64,000 nt of DNA from Psilocybe cubensis (lineage: Eukaryota). This document shows, in pieces, positions 29,564-41,456 of this stretch. Positions within the stretch are counted from its first letter, which is position 1; every line of letters begins with the position of its first letter. The notes beneath the pieces were generated by a model. It had not been told where the DNA came from, made no database searches, and was given only the letters and a program-made list of their open reading frames with translations. The DNA is taken from positions 2,604,001 to 2,668,000 of the forward strand of contig CM039003.1 of the NCBI GenBank assembly GCA_017499595.2, given 5' to 3'. Position numbers and translations under genes: made by a program.

Positions 29564-30033
29564 ATACGTTACCGAGCTCATTATATATAACTGATTTATT
29601 AACGGAGGAATTTGTACTCGACAATCGAATGCTTATTTAAAGCCATTCTTCGTCGATTCAATGGGACCCTTATCCTTAACGAAGATCAGCATATACGATC
29701 TTCTTTGAGGCGTAGATGGTTTCATGAGTCTGAAAACAAATACCGATTCATGGAGCCTGTCCTGAAATTGCTAGCATCGCTCTCAGTTAATTATACCCTT
29801 CTTAAATAGAAATCCGATTCGCAATATACAACAAAATTATGGAAATCCAGCAATCAACCAAAACAAAATACAAATCGAACATCCCTCTCATCTTCGATAA
29901 TTTCTCCAAACAAGGAGCGTCTCGATTCTGGGAGGAGTCATGCGAGGTTAGTTTACAGTGTTAAGGCAAGTTTGATAGAAAAGCATACATAAATTTTGGT
30001 GATGAAAAAGGAAGCAAAAAACCACGAAGGGTA

Positions 30034-30234
30034 TTAGACCGGGATGGTCTGTGGTGGCAAAATGGTGCGGGTAGGATTACTCGGGAAGGTAAACGTCTTG
30101 GTGCCCACAGTGCCGTCGGGGTAGGTGTAGGTGATTCGTGTGACCACAGGGGGTTCGATGCCATCAGGGATAGCCACAGCAGAAGCGCCGAGGGCGAAGG
30201 CGAGAGTGAAGAGCGCTGCCAAGGTGAACTTCAT
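30034..30234 (-). CDS. Small secreted protein, 66 aa
   Basis: Signal-peptide-like MKFTLAALFTLAFALGASAVA followed by a Pro/Thr-rich mature part; a TATATAAA-like box lies ~120 nt upstream on the minus strand. Confidence 0.65.
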   Translation of the reverse strand: MKFTLAALFTLAFALGASAVAIPDGIEPPVVTRITYTYPDGTVGTKTFTFPSNPTRTILPPQTIPV

Positions 30235-31814
30235 AATAATTTTACGTCGATTGTGGTGTTTATGCGAGTGCGTTTGAGAGCGCTGTTAGGCTGCTTAGGT
30301 TGTTTTGGTTTGGCTTGGAGAACTGAATTTTGCCACGATAAGCTGCCAGTTTATATAGCTTTTCAAACATCTCTTTTTCAGAAAGAGACATTATTGTACG
30401 TGGACATTCGGTGAATTGACATCGGTGCCGGGGGCCAGGAAGGCGGACGGTATGCAAGCGGGGGATGAGTGGACGAAAGATCATTTCAAAGTTTGGTAAG
30501 GAATAGTCGACAAATGTGCGGGACGGAAAAACTGGAAAAATGGAAACATTGCAATGCGCATTTTTGAAACCAATACTAGTAAACCAGTAGGATGTTCTAG
30601 AAATTAGGACAAAAATTACGAATTGATGTTCCTTGAGGCCAATTGTTTTTTACACGGAAATGCAAGTGTTCAGAGCAGAAGTTCAAGTTCATGGCCAAGA
30701 CTAGATTTGATGATCGGCCTCTTGAATGAAAATGAGGCATATTACAGTCGCATGGCGCCTGTAGTCTTCTTTATTTTCCATCATGATGAAAGGAGAAAAG
30801 CAGAGAAAAGCTTCTTCATATCTCTGAACCAAAGAACCTAAAAATAATAAACCTCCAATCAGGTCAGGAACCATATCAATGGATAATTCGCCATAAAGAA
30901 ATCTGAAATAAATACGGAAGATAAAGCGGGCATACCACGGGAAGTTCGAAGGCCTACATTGCCAAGTTTTTCATGGCGAAGTTCAGTCGTTCGGTATTGC
31001 ACGTTCGGGCTGAAAACAAGTTGAGAGCATGGAGAGTTGTGCATATGTTATGGTATATTACCAGGTCGAAAGAGACCAGATGATTATCCGTCAGAAGTAC
31101 AATGCCTCAGCATGAGCATATGGCGCCGACATAAAGCCCTCTGCGATATGGTCATGCACTGCAGTTCCACGTAGTCGCCGTAGATATGGATAGAGTTCAC
31201 CTAGTTGATCATATGCAATGCTTTTTAGAAATTCCTCGAAAGATCGCCGACTGATGTAGTGTCAGTGCCCAAATAAAGTTGGTTCTGGGTGGATTCGAAG
31301 GCAGCAAATAAGCATTTTAAGATATCCTCTTCGGCAAACATTTCGAAGATCTCCAGTGCTGTGCAGCCTGGGTCAAGTAGTGAGGAAGAAGCCTCGTATA
31401 GTGGTTGGATTTTAATGTATATAGCGGGTGTATAATTGAAATAATATATCAGATTGTAGAAGGGACGTCGAATGGCAATTGAGTGCAGATTGAATGTAGC
31501 CTTGGATGAGAATTGGATGAGAAAGAAGGGAAGCAAATAGTGCCCACGTTACTCTCGGCAAGCGCCTTGACCACTCAATCACACAGCGCCCGAAGGTTCT
31601 TCTGTTTCTCACCAAGACCATCCAGGACTTCTTCCACTCAAACGGCTATTAGTCTAGAGCGGCCACTCCTTGCAAATTCAGACCCCGAATTTCATCGTCA
31701 GTATTACCAGGATCAGGTTGACTTCCTTAGAAACTCCGTCAGATCTTTTGAATTCGTTCGAAACCACAATCCGAAGAAACATCCTACCATTCTCGCCGAA
31801 AACTAGGAAACAAA

Positions 31815-33401
31815 ATGAGTTATCGCTATAGAAATCGAAGAGATAAGCCCCAAGTACTGGAAGGCAGAGATATTTCGTCCCTTGCGAAATACATCAAGTC
31901 AACGGGGTGCAAAAATGTGGTGTTAATGGTGCGTCATGGATGAATCCAAGTTTCCTTCTCAAGATCCTTCTAACATTTTTCTTAAAGCTCGGCGCAGGTC
32001 CGTATATTACCAAGATTAGGGAATCCGTACATTCATACTTTTTGTCCAGGTGTTAGTACATCAGCTGGGATTCCAGACTTCAGATCACCTGAAACTGGTG
32101 CGCATTCTCGAAAAATATCATATTGATCTGTAGAGCTAAACTGTAAATATCACAGGCCTCTATGTGCGTACATTTTTGCTGCTCTAGATCTACTACTGTT
32201 ATACTGATTTCACCTCGATGATCGTCACTACAGTCGAATCTCGCGAGATTAAATCTACCCCATCCGGAAGCTGTTTTTGAGATCTCCTTTTTCCGAAAAC
32301 AGCCAGTCCCATGTACGGTTTCTTTTGTTGATTCTGCCACGCATCACTTTTGACAGGATTCTCCGTTTTCTAGTCTATACCCTTGCCCACGAACTCTATC
32401 CTGGAAAATTCCGTCCGACTATTACTCATTCGTTTATTCGATTGCTTGCAGAGAAATCTCTGTTGCATACCTGTTTCACCCAGAACATCGACACGCTTGA
32501 ACGGCGTGCTGGTGTTCCAGATGATAAGATAATAGAAGCGCATGGCAGTTTCGCCGGGCAACGATGTATCGAATGCAAGCAGCCATACGATGATGAAAAG
32601 ATGAAGGAACACATATTCAGCATGAAAATTGCAAAATGTGAACACTGCGGGGGTTATGTGAAGCCTGATATCGTTTTCTTTGGAGAAGAAGTTAGTCTCA
32701 ATTCTGTATCTCGTTTTAAAATTCGTCCTGACTTTTCTACCTGCTGTTAGTTACCGGAAAAATTTATCCGTGCGATACCCAATCTTCGAAGTGCCGACCT
32801 ACTCATCATTATGGGCACATCGTTAACTGTCTATCCATTCGCATCTTTGGCACAGAGAGTGGATGAAAGCTGCCCCCGCGTCCTCATCAATCTTGACCAT
32901 GTAGGAGACATCGGTTCTCGAGCTGACGATATTGTCTTGCTAGGAAAGTGCGATGATGTCGTTAAAGACCTGTGCGTAGAACTGGGTTGGGAGGACGAGT
33001 TGATCAAACTTTGGAACGAAACCGAGGACAGCGTTGTATCTGATAAGCAGAAGGACTCTGATCCCAAACCAACTACAACTGACCCGGAACCAACCACAAG
33101 AACCTCTCTAGACATCAAGAAACCGGACGCGCTCAATGAAATAGAGAAACAATTCTCCCAACTTGAACTAGACGCCAACGATAATCCTTCTAGGAGTAGA
33201 ACTGACTCGACGACAGGAAGCAAGGAAAAAGTTGCCACTGAAGATGTCCCGAGTGTATCTCCGGCAGAATCATCCACCAACAAAGAGAAGTCGACCTCGA
33301 AAGCTCCTGAAACAGAGAGCACGTCATCCCAATCTTCAGCAGCGCCTATAATTGAGACCGAAGTTGAAGAAAGGTCAACATCTGTCGACAATAAGTTGTA
33401 G
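31815..33401 (+). CDS. HST2: Sir2-family NAD-dependent deacetylase (Hst2/SIRT2-like), multi-exon
   Basis: [39 protein letters not shown], two CxxC motifs, KPDIVFFGE and GTSLTVYPFA. Confidence 0.92.
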
Positions 33402-34279
33402 ACTCCTCGTTTGATTTTAACTGATGTAACGATTAGATTTCAAAGCAAATGGATTTAGCTATCAGAACTGTACTACTCACTTTGTACTTTCACCGTGATT
33501 GTGTAATATAACAAAGACGTGGCAAATGAAAATGTTCGCCTCACATACTACTCTGCAAATCCGGCACTGGCCTGGCAGCGGAAGGAGTCCCCACAGAGGC
33601 GGCGTAATAAAATATAGTAACCACTCTACGCTCGAATCGATTTTGCCACGTTCTGCAATAAGCGAACAATGATAGCACATCCCACGACGGAAGCAAAGGC
33701 GCATATAATCATCGACAACGTTTCCCTCTGGAAAATGTTATCTATACAATTCCGATGCTCCCTGAACGCAGATGTGCATCACCCCATCGCATCCAATCTT
33801 GAGTTAAAGCTGCCATGTTGGCGTCTCAAGATGGGATGATGGCGAGTGGCGAGCACGCAATGGAACCAAGGTTAGACACCTTTCCCAACAACGGTAAAAA
33901 AAGTCTGGATTCCGAAAAAATTGGAGATGCTTTTGAAGAGAGAATGATATCTGTGAAAATGCAATCGCATTTCGACACAGTTCGGCTATTGGTCACAAAC
34001 ACGAGGAAAGAGAAAGGGTTAAAAAGTACCCTAGGAGAAAAAAAGAGAGAGATTGAATTATCAGTTACACCGCTGTCAACGGTACCCCATCACGTCTACA
34101 TTAAGTCGATCGTGAAATGAGAAGGGTAAAAGGTAGATGGCTGAACACGTAAAAATAAAAATTCCTGGGTAATATCCCGGTATTACGTAATCAACGATTA
34201 ATGCAACAAAGCAAAAAGAAAAATGCATGCAGGAGAAAAACTGAATAGAACGCGCCGTCGGGAAACCTCCATATTGGTA

Positions 34280-37200
34280 CTAGCTTGACGCTACTGAGGA
34301 ATTAGAAACACCATTAGCGGTAGAAGATACGCCTGGAGCAGGGTATGCGTTCATAATGCCAGCAAATGTTGTCGGCATCGTACCGTCAGCGGCGAGACTT
34401 GGGAAACCCTCGGTACCATTGACCGGAACCTGCTGAGACTGTAAAAACTGTTGTTGGAAGTGTTGTTGGGCTAGTAGTTGCACTTGCTGCTGCTGCTGCT
34501 GCTGCTGTTGCTCTTGTTGTTGTTGTTGTTGCTGCTGATTCCCGCGAGCAGCTGCCCTGGTGTTTCGCCCAGTTGTCGATGGCGTAGATGATGCTGTCGC
34601 ATCATTCCTGGTGGCTCGTTTTCCAGAAGATTGAGCTTGCATTGGTTGATATTCGTGGATATTCAGGATTCCGGATACAGCACCAACGTCTACCTGGGCT
34701 GGCATCTGTGGCACTTGAGAGGTTTGCTGTTGTTGTGGTTGCTGTTGCTGTTGCTGAGGTTGTTGTGGTTGTTGTGGCTGAGATATTGAAGAAGCTCCCG
34801 ATGGCCCCGCAACGGCTGGATCTTGTTGTTGTTGTTGTTGTTGCTGCTGCTGCGTAAGGAGTTTCTGCGCTCTCTGTGCTTCTGCCTGGGCGATTATGTG
34901 TTGAGGATAATGCGACAATCCCCTAGGAACATTAGGGTCTGAAAGATCCCTTTTGGGGTAGTACGCCCCAATGGGCATCGATGCATCATACTCTTCCGGA
35001 AGAGCCGGGATAACAGCTGCATGTCTTCCACCAAGAGGCCTGAAAAGTTGTGAATTTAGCCAAAAATAAATAATTTAGGCACTTATACATACCCTCCCTC
35101 GACGAAATTTTGCCATACATAGTCGCGTAAACGATCAGCATTGGGTAGCTGCTGGATAAGATGTTTGATAGTGTTCTGACCAAGGCCGAAGAAATCTGGG
35201 CCTGATACCGAGTTAGAGTGTTGACGATTACGGATGGCGTTAGCTTGTTTCACGATGTTTGACCAAGCACCTGTAGCAGTACCGGCTATAATGGGTTTGT
35301 CTGGTCTATCTGAGGGAATAATCTGGAATTTGGGTCCATCGCCCCCATCCAGAATGGTGCAATGGTAAACCACTTCGATTGTAGGATCAACTGTCGAGAG
35401 GTACCGCCTGATCAATGAAGATAATGAAGATATGCGTCAGTCCTTGTCATATCGTCGCTAACGACAGTACTGACCGTGTGACCTCATACCCCACAGGAAA
35501 GATATACCGTTCTGTATGGAAATGCTCGCGCATACATACATCACCCAGACTAATGACAGTCATGATACCGACATTAAGCGGCAGCATGGGCTTTCCCTTC
35601 TTGTCGCGAGGTACCATCGGAATACTGAAACTTTTGGTGGTAACCGTATGCGATTTTAGTCGTTTAGCCTTAACTGGTTTCTGGGGCTCCGGTGGCGAGC
35701 GTTGCTGGGAGGGCGAGGGTATGGTTGCAGGTGGTGGAGCGTACATATTGCTGGGACCAGGTACCATCGGTGCAGCAAGGTAATAGTAAGGATTATATGC
35801 CATCGGATATGAAGGACTGTTCGGTGTGACTGGTGTGCCAGGTGGGTAAAACATCGGGTAGGGCATCATCATGGGGTGCCCTGTTGGCGAAGCCGAAGTG
35901 CCACCAGTACGTGCCAGTAGGTTGGTAGTCAGGCTGAGGTATGGATTATTACTGAGGCTTGACGTTGGAGTGGGAGTAGCGCTTGTCGGGGTCGCTGTAG
36001 AACTACTAGGAGTAGTATTGTTCGAAGGGGTTGTTGAAGTATTCACGGTAGGTGGCTTTGCGGCCAAGGCGTTGTGTCCATTGGCGTCCTTGGATGTGCT
36101 TTGTCCGGCTTTATTGGTACCAGACGTTAAACTTGGGTCTAAATTTGCGTCTGTGCCTGAACTAGGGCCGGACTTCGCAGCCTGATTAGCCGCGGCAGCG
36201 GCGTTCTGCGCAGCGACCGCTGCTTCTGCCACTTTCAAAATGCTTTCCATGGAGGGCGTATGTTGCATATGTGGTTGAGGGCTGACAGATGTCATGTCTT
36301 TGGTAGAATGCATAGGAGTTGGGCCAAGGGCGTGCGCTAGCGTTGAGGAAGGAGATGTTGAGGTTGTCGGTGGGGACTGCTACTATAGATCAATGCTACG
36401 TTCATTGGAGTGTTTGAAACAGAAACTTACAGTCACAGATGCTCTACCTACAGACTGTGCTTGTGAAGCAGCTGCAGCCTCTGCTTCTGCGGTGGCGGCC
36501 GCGACTGCTGCAATAACTGTCCCATCATTTCTGGAACTGCGAGTCTGCCGTGTAGATCTTGTTTCTCGTCGAGGTGAAGTGACTGTTGCTTCGCGCTGTG
36601 TAGACGCAGAGTTCTGGACATTTTGAGCTAAACATACAAGTAGAATTTGAGCATTGAATGAGTCTTCTAAAGATATCACCACGCACCTTGCCCATCCTGC
36701 ATGTGTACATCCCCTCCTTGATTTGAGAGCTGATTGCCAGACATATCCATCTAAACCATAAAGGTTGACATTGAATGAAAAGTTTACGTGTTTCTTTTCA
36801 ACTAACCATGGCCGTGTCATTTGTGCTCTCTGTGCCTTCTGCGTGTCTCTGAGATTGCATCCTGCTCGTCCTCGATGGTGATAACAGATTTTGGCCGTTT
36901 TCTGTGCTATACTTAATAATCTCAATTGTTCAAGGCATATGAAAGGACATACGTGCTTTGTGATCAGTAACAGACGCGTTTGTGTTTTGGTTGCCGGTTG
37001 ACATTGAGTCTTGGGGTACAACGGTATTGAGGTGAATTTGAGACGTTTGTTCTAGCTCAGTCATCTTCCCGAGAAGAAACCTGATGGATATCAGCAAAAT
37101 GACATTTCAGCTCCAGTTCGTGCATTCAAGATAGATGAGACGCACTCTCGTTCCTCGCGTATTCCTGTACGGGGTTCACCTGATCCATTTGATCCTGAGT

Positions 37201-37424
37201 TACTCTCCTTAGATAGCCTTTGAGCACTCCAGCACTCCATATATTCCCTCATAGGGCCAAAAATTGTTCAATAAAAGACTCACCTCCTCCAACTGATCAA
37301 AACGACGCTTTAAACTCATATATTTTTCCGCTATACCCTGCTGTGGTTCTTGTTCCCCCGACGAAGCAGGAATACCGTTGGTTGGTGGCGACATTACAGC
37401 GTCTGCGATTGTTGAGGAACCCAT
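34280..37424 (-). CDS. FYRN/FYRC-domain nuclear protein (TBRG1-like) with polyQ tail, multi-exon
   Basis: N-terminal coiled coil EKYMSLKRRFDQLEE; FYRN motif FHTERYIFPVGYEVTRRYLST..YHCTILDGGDGPKF; FYRC motif SGPDFFGLGQNTIKHLIQQLPNA. Confidence 0.85.
34485..34852 (-). repeat. CAG/CAA trinucleotide tracts encoding polyglutamine
   Basis: (TGC/TGT)n runs on the + strand at about 34485-34535, 34725-34780 and 34824-34852. Confidence 0.9.
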
Positions 37425-37801
37425 TAATATTGAAGAATAACAGGGCCTTTTTACATATGCCGGTGAGGCAAAAGGGAGTATGGGAAAGAACTGGTGAGGA
37501 AGGGGCGGAGCGGTAGATTTCTGCAAGACAGAAAGTCGGGGCAAATCACACAAGGTACAGAGCCAAACTTTGCCAAACAACCCAACAACAACGCCATCGA
37601 TTACAAATAAACACCGACAACGCCTCGTGTCCTTCAGCAACCGGTACAAATGCTCCTGAAGCATATAGACCCTGTTTAAAGGGACACCAGGGACACACAG
37701 ACCATATATTTCAGTTATAAGAGACGTAGGGGTGTACATTGAAACTAGACCATGAGGCCTTTGCCAAACAACAGCCTACCGAGAAATCAATCCTACCCTT
37801 G

Positions 37802-38143
37802 CACGGCGGGCAACTGGCGGTCATTTTGCCAAATGGCATGTGTTCGGCATGTGTGAAGGGAGGTTACCTGTCATGTTTTTGTGTCACACCATCTTGTTAC
37901 AAGTTAAGTTTGGGAATGTTTCTGGTTGCCTGGGTCTGATTTATTTTCTGGATTTAATGCATATCTAACAGAGAAGATGTACATGCTATTATTTTCTTGT
38001 ACATATGCCCGGACAAGCAGAAACATACTCAAAAGTTTTCTTTTGTGACAAAGATTGTGTGACATAAAAACATGCCTAGTAACCTCCCGTCAACCTCCCA
38101 CATACATGCCGTTTGGCAAAATGACCGGCAATTGCCCGCCATG
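37802..38143. repeat. Imperfect ~100-bp inverted repeat, foldback/MITE-like relic
   Basis: 37802-37903 (cacggcgggcaactggcggtcattttgccaaatggcatg..catgtttttgtgtcacac) is the approximate reverse complement of 38042-38143. Confidence 0.75.
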
Positions 38144-39269
38144 TTGAGGTCTAGGGAGTGGCTGTGTTGCCGAACGCGGCACCACAGCACCGTGATATCA
38201 GCGTGACAATCCAAAGGGCAATGGGATAACAAATATACCTCAAATATTGGTCTACAGGGACTACATATAATGCAATTATGTACGATCGCAATTTTACTGC
38301 CGCACCAGCAACACAGCCACCCCCTTAACCTCAATGTCGGAATTTTCATGATCAAAATTACCTTGTAAACCTAAAGGTACGTCACGCTCACATGACAAGA
38401 CAGGGCATGAAATTTTAAAGTTCATCTGGAGTGCTCATTGTAGCAATAAATTCCAAATTTATGACATATTAAAGTACATAAACTCCAGTAGATCTCATAT
38501 CAACAGTAATTATAAAGGAAGTATCTGAATTTCGAGCATCACATAAAGGACCTTTCGGTTTATTAGGCTTTATAAGGATCAAAATGACTAAAAGGTTCTG
38601 TGTGACACAATTGTGACACCAATTTCTTGAACTTCGTTTTTTTCACTGCTTCCCATTATAATGTCCTTAGAAATACTATGAACAGTAATATTCAGCGCAT
38701 ACCTCTCCTAATCTTACTTTTTTGTGAGGTAAAACGCCCTGGAGAGCGAGATATCAACTTGTGTCGCCCTTATAAGGCAAAATTATTATAAGGCTATTTT
38801 AAGAATTCCGACATTTCATGCCATCAAACTTGTCTTCGTCTTTCGCGATCTTTTCCTAGACGCGAGCTCTTATCCCCCTCTGGAACAGAAGGGAACAGAC
38901 TAACATTGATTAGACACCAGATGACCTCCGATATACTACGCCTTTGATATATGTTCCCAATATACTCGTGTCTAAATCTAATTGTGGCATTCCAATTTTA
39001 ACCCGCCGTTGCACTTAATGGTCGCCCTTGTTTACCTTGCACGTTGTATAGCCATCCGATGACACAGAATAAAGCACATCCAAGGTTATACGTTGTGCAT
39101 GTCTGATACATGCTTCTGTTGGGCTACTTGAAAGGACTTGTTGCTGGGCTTATTATTCGCGGTTCGCACACATCACGCCCCACCGCATGGATCTTTTATG
39201 CGTGTGAGTAAATCTGTAATGCCAAATCCGATAAGACTTACTGTCAGGAGAGTGGTTTAACAAAAGCTC

Positions 39270-40476
39270 TCAGTCAAGTATAACTTCAGCTTCTGATCCT
39301 AGATGCTTCTTCAAGAAATATTTCACACCATCGAATTTTTCCGCCCACCGCTCTTCGGCGTCGGGCTGGTAATCAAAGTTGTGCTCCTGTTCGTCGAATT
39401 CTACCAGCTCGACCGGTACGTTCGCTGAGAGCAGTAGGTCTTTCAGATACCGGGATTCGCCCACCGGAACGGCGGTATCGAGTTTACCGTGCAACAACAT
39501 CGTTGGGGGCCAGGGATTCTCACCGGTCATCTGCAGTTGAGGGAAAAGGGAGTGATGCTCGGGTGCTACAAGGCGTCCTGGCGTGTCCTCGACGGTGTGT
39601 TGTCGGAGCGACAGGCTCAGGCTAGGTTGGTGCATACCTGTGTAGTAATCAAGGTAGACACCAAGCTGGAGGTAAAGCCGTGAGAGAAGCATGCGCTTGT
39701 TGGCAGGATAGCCAGGGATGCGGTATGTTTGTGGATGGTACGCCAGGTGAGATTCAGATAGAGGCGGAAGAGGTCCATTTGGGAATGGGTAGAGGTAGTC
39801 GGAAAAATCAGCTGGGTCGAGGAGGTCGCGACCGCGGAAAAAGGGTTTTTCCTTAGGCGTGAAGTAGTGGGGCGTCTTCAGAACGTGGTTAGCACATCAT
39901 CTGAAGTTAAAACGATACACTCACAAGAAAATTTCCACCCATGCCATACATGCTGACGATGGCTTTGGGCTTTGGGGAGCAGTGCATGGCTGCTAAGTAG
40001 GCGCATAGTCCTCCGGCACTCGATCCTGAGACGGCTATTTTGTTAGTGTCGAGCTTGAATTTGTACGGATGTATCGAAACCTCCGTGGTAGAAAGAAAGT
40101 AAAATAGATCTTTGAGGTCTTGAACTATCTCATGGCCTGTTGCTGGGGGTAGCAGACGGTGGTCGGCAGATAAAAAGGCATATCCAAGTGAGATGACGCG
40201 TCCTTGCCGAAACGTCAGTCCCCAACTTCTTCTTGCATTCGGAGGGGAGTACTAACGGTATAGCCAGGTGGGAAACCAGCTTTCCCTGTTCCCAACGCAT
40301 AGGCCTCCACCATGAAAATATATCACCACGGGTATAGGTATGGGTCCACTCTCTGAATCGGTAGAAATGACAATTGGCGAAATTGGATCAGGGAAATAGA
40401 CATCGAACGAGATAGGTGTTGTGCCGTTTAGCAATTTGTAGTGCAGAGTGCTTTTCTGGCTCGGTGGGGTTGTCAT
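39270..40476 (-). CDS. Alpha/beta hydrolase (HSL-type esterase), multi-exon
   Basis: YFHGGGL, DHRLLPP, VSGSSAGGLCAY (nucleophile), LLHGKLDTAVP and EHNFD. Confidence 0.88.
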
Positions 40477-41456
40477 TTTTATGACTCTATGATGATAGAT
40501 TAAGCATACGCAAGCCTCAAGGCTGCGGAATCAACGTCTCCGGTCGATGTCGATTTGTCGAACGCTGGGAAGCCAAAACGTTGACACCGCGGCGCCGACA
40601 CCTCAGGCTAGACCACTTTTGCACAGCCGAAAGCCTTACGTTTAGATCTCCTAGAAAATATTTTGGTCTCCAGAGAATCTTGGATATTATTCTCCACTTA
40701 CAATATAGCTAGCCGTACGACGACAATAAGTTTGGCTTGAAGATTGGCATTTCGCTAACAAAGTGAAAAGAAACCCTCTCGCGCTTTGCCGAGAACTAAT
40801 TCGTCCGACGATCAACCACGGTCTTGCGCAGCATTTAAATTTTCCAACAACGGACGTCCAAATGGAAGCCACTCTCCTAGTTCTTGTCTGCGCCGCGCCT
40901 CTCGAGGCCTCTCGCAGACTGTCCGATCCGCAGGCTTTAAACTTTGCTGAACCTTCTCAGGGAGCCTTAAACTGACAACGCGTGCTACGACGTCGCCAAC
41001 GCTAGCCCTCCCAGAGTTGAAAGTTCACGGTTCGCGATTCAACAAACGATTCAGTGTACGAGATTCCGTCAACATTTGCTATTTCTTAACAGAGCGGCGC
41101 CTCCCGACCGAAATGGAGTCCAAATTCCCGCGATCATTGCTTGCCAGTGGTAGCAATCTCCTTGTTCCCAATCGGCCATGCCACGCCAACTTCTGGAGAC
41201 GTCTTACCCCTGCGAATAGCACCTAAGAGGGCCACTGTTATCTAACAATGGACGGATACGCGTATGCACGAGGACGCGCAATAGGCGCAAACCTCGCAAC
41301 TCCTCCTTCGTCTCGATGACGCGTGCTCTGTATTTAAACCAGCCGTCAAACTTGTTCGGGATTCCCGCGACCGACTTCCGGTCTTGTTCTTTTATCGCTC
41401 TCACAACCATCACAAGCACCCTACCTCCTAGACCATCGATTTGGAACCTGGGAGAC

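Noticed and set aside
30859-31806. Short ORFs upstream of the sirtuin
   Set aside because: No recognisable family and no coherent gene model.
32831-33391. 186-aa antisense ORF over the sirtuin tail
   Set aside because: Mirror of an S/T/E-rich coding region with no independent motif.
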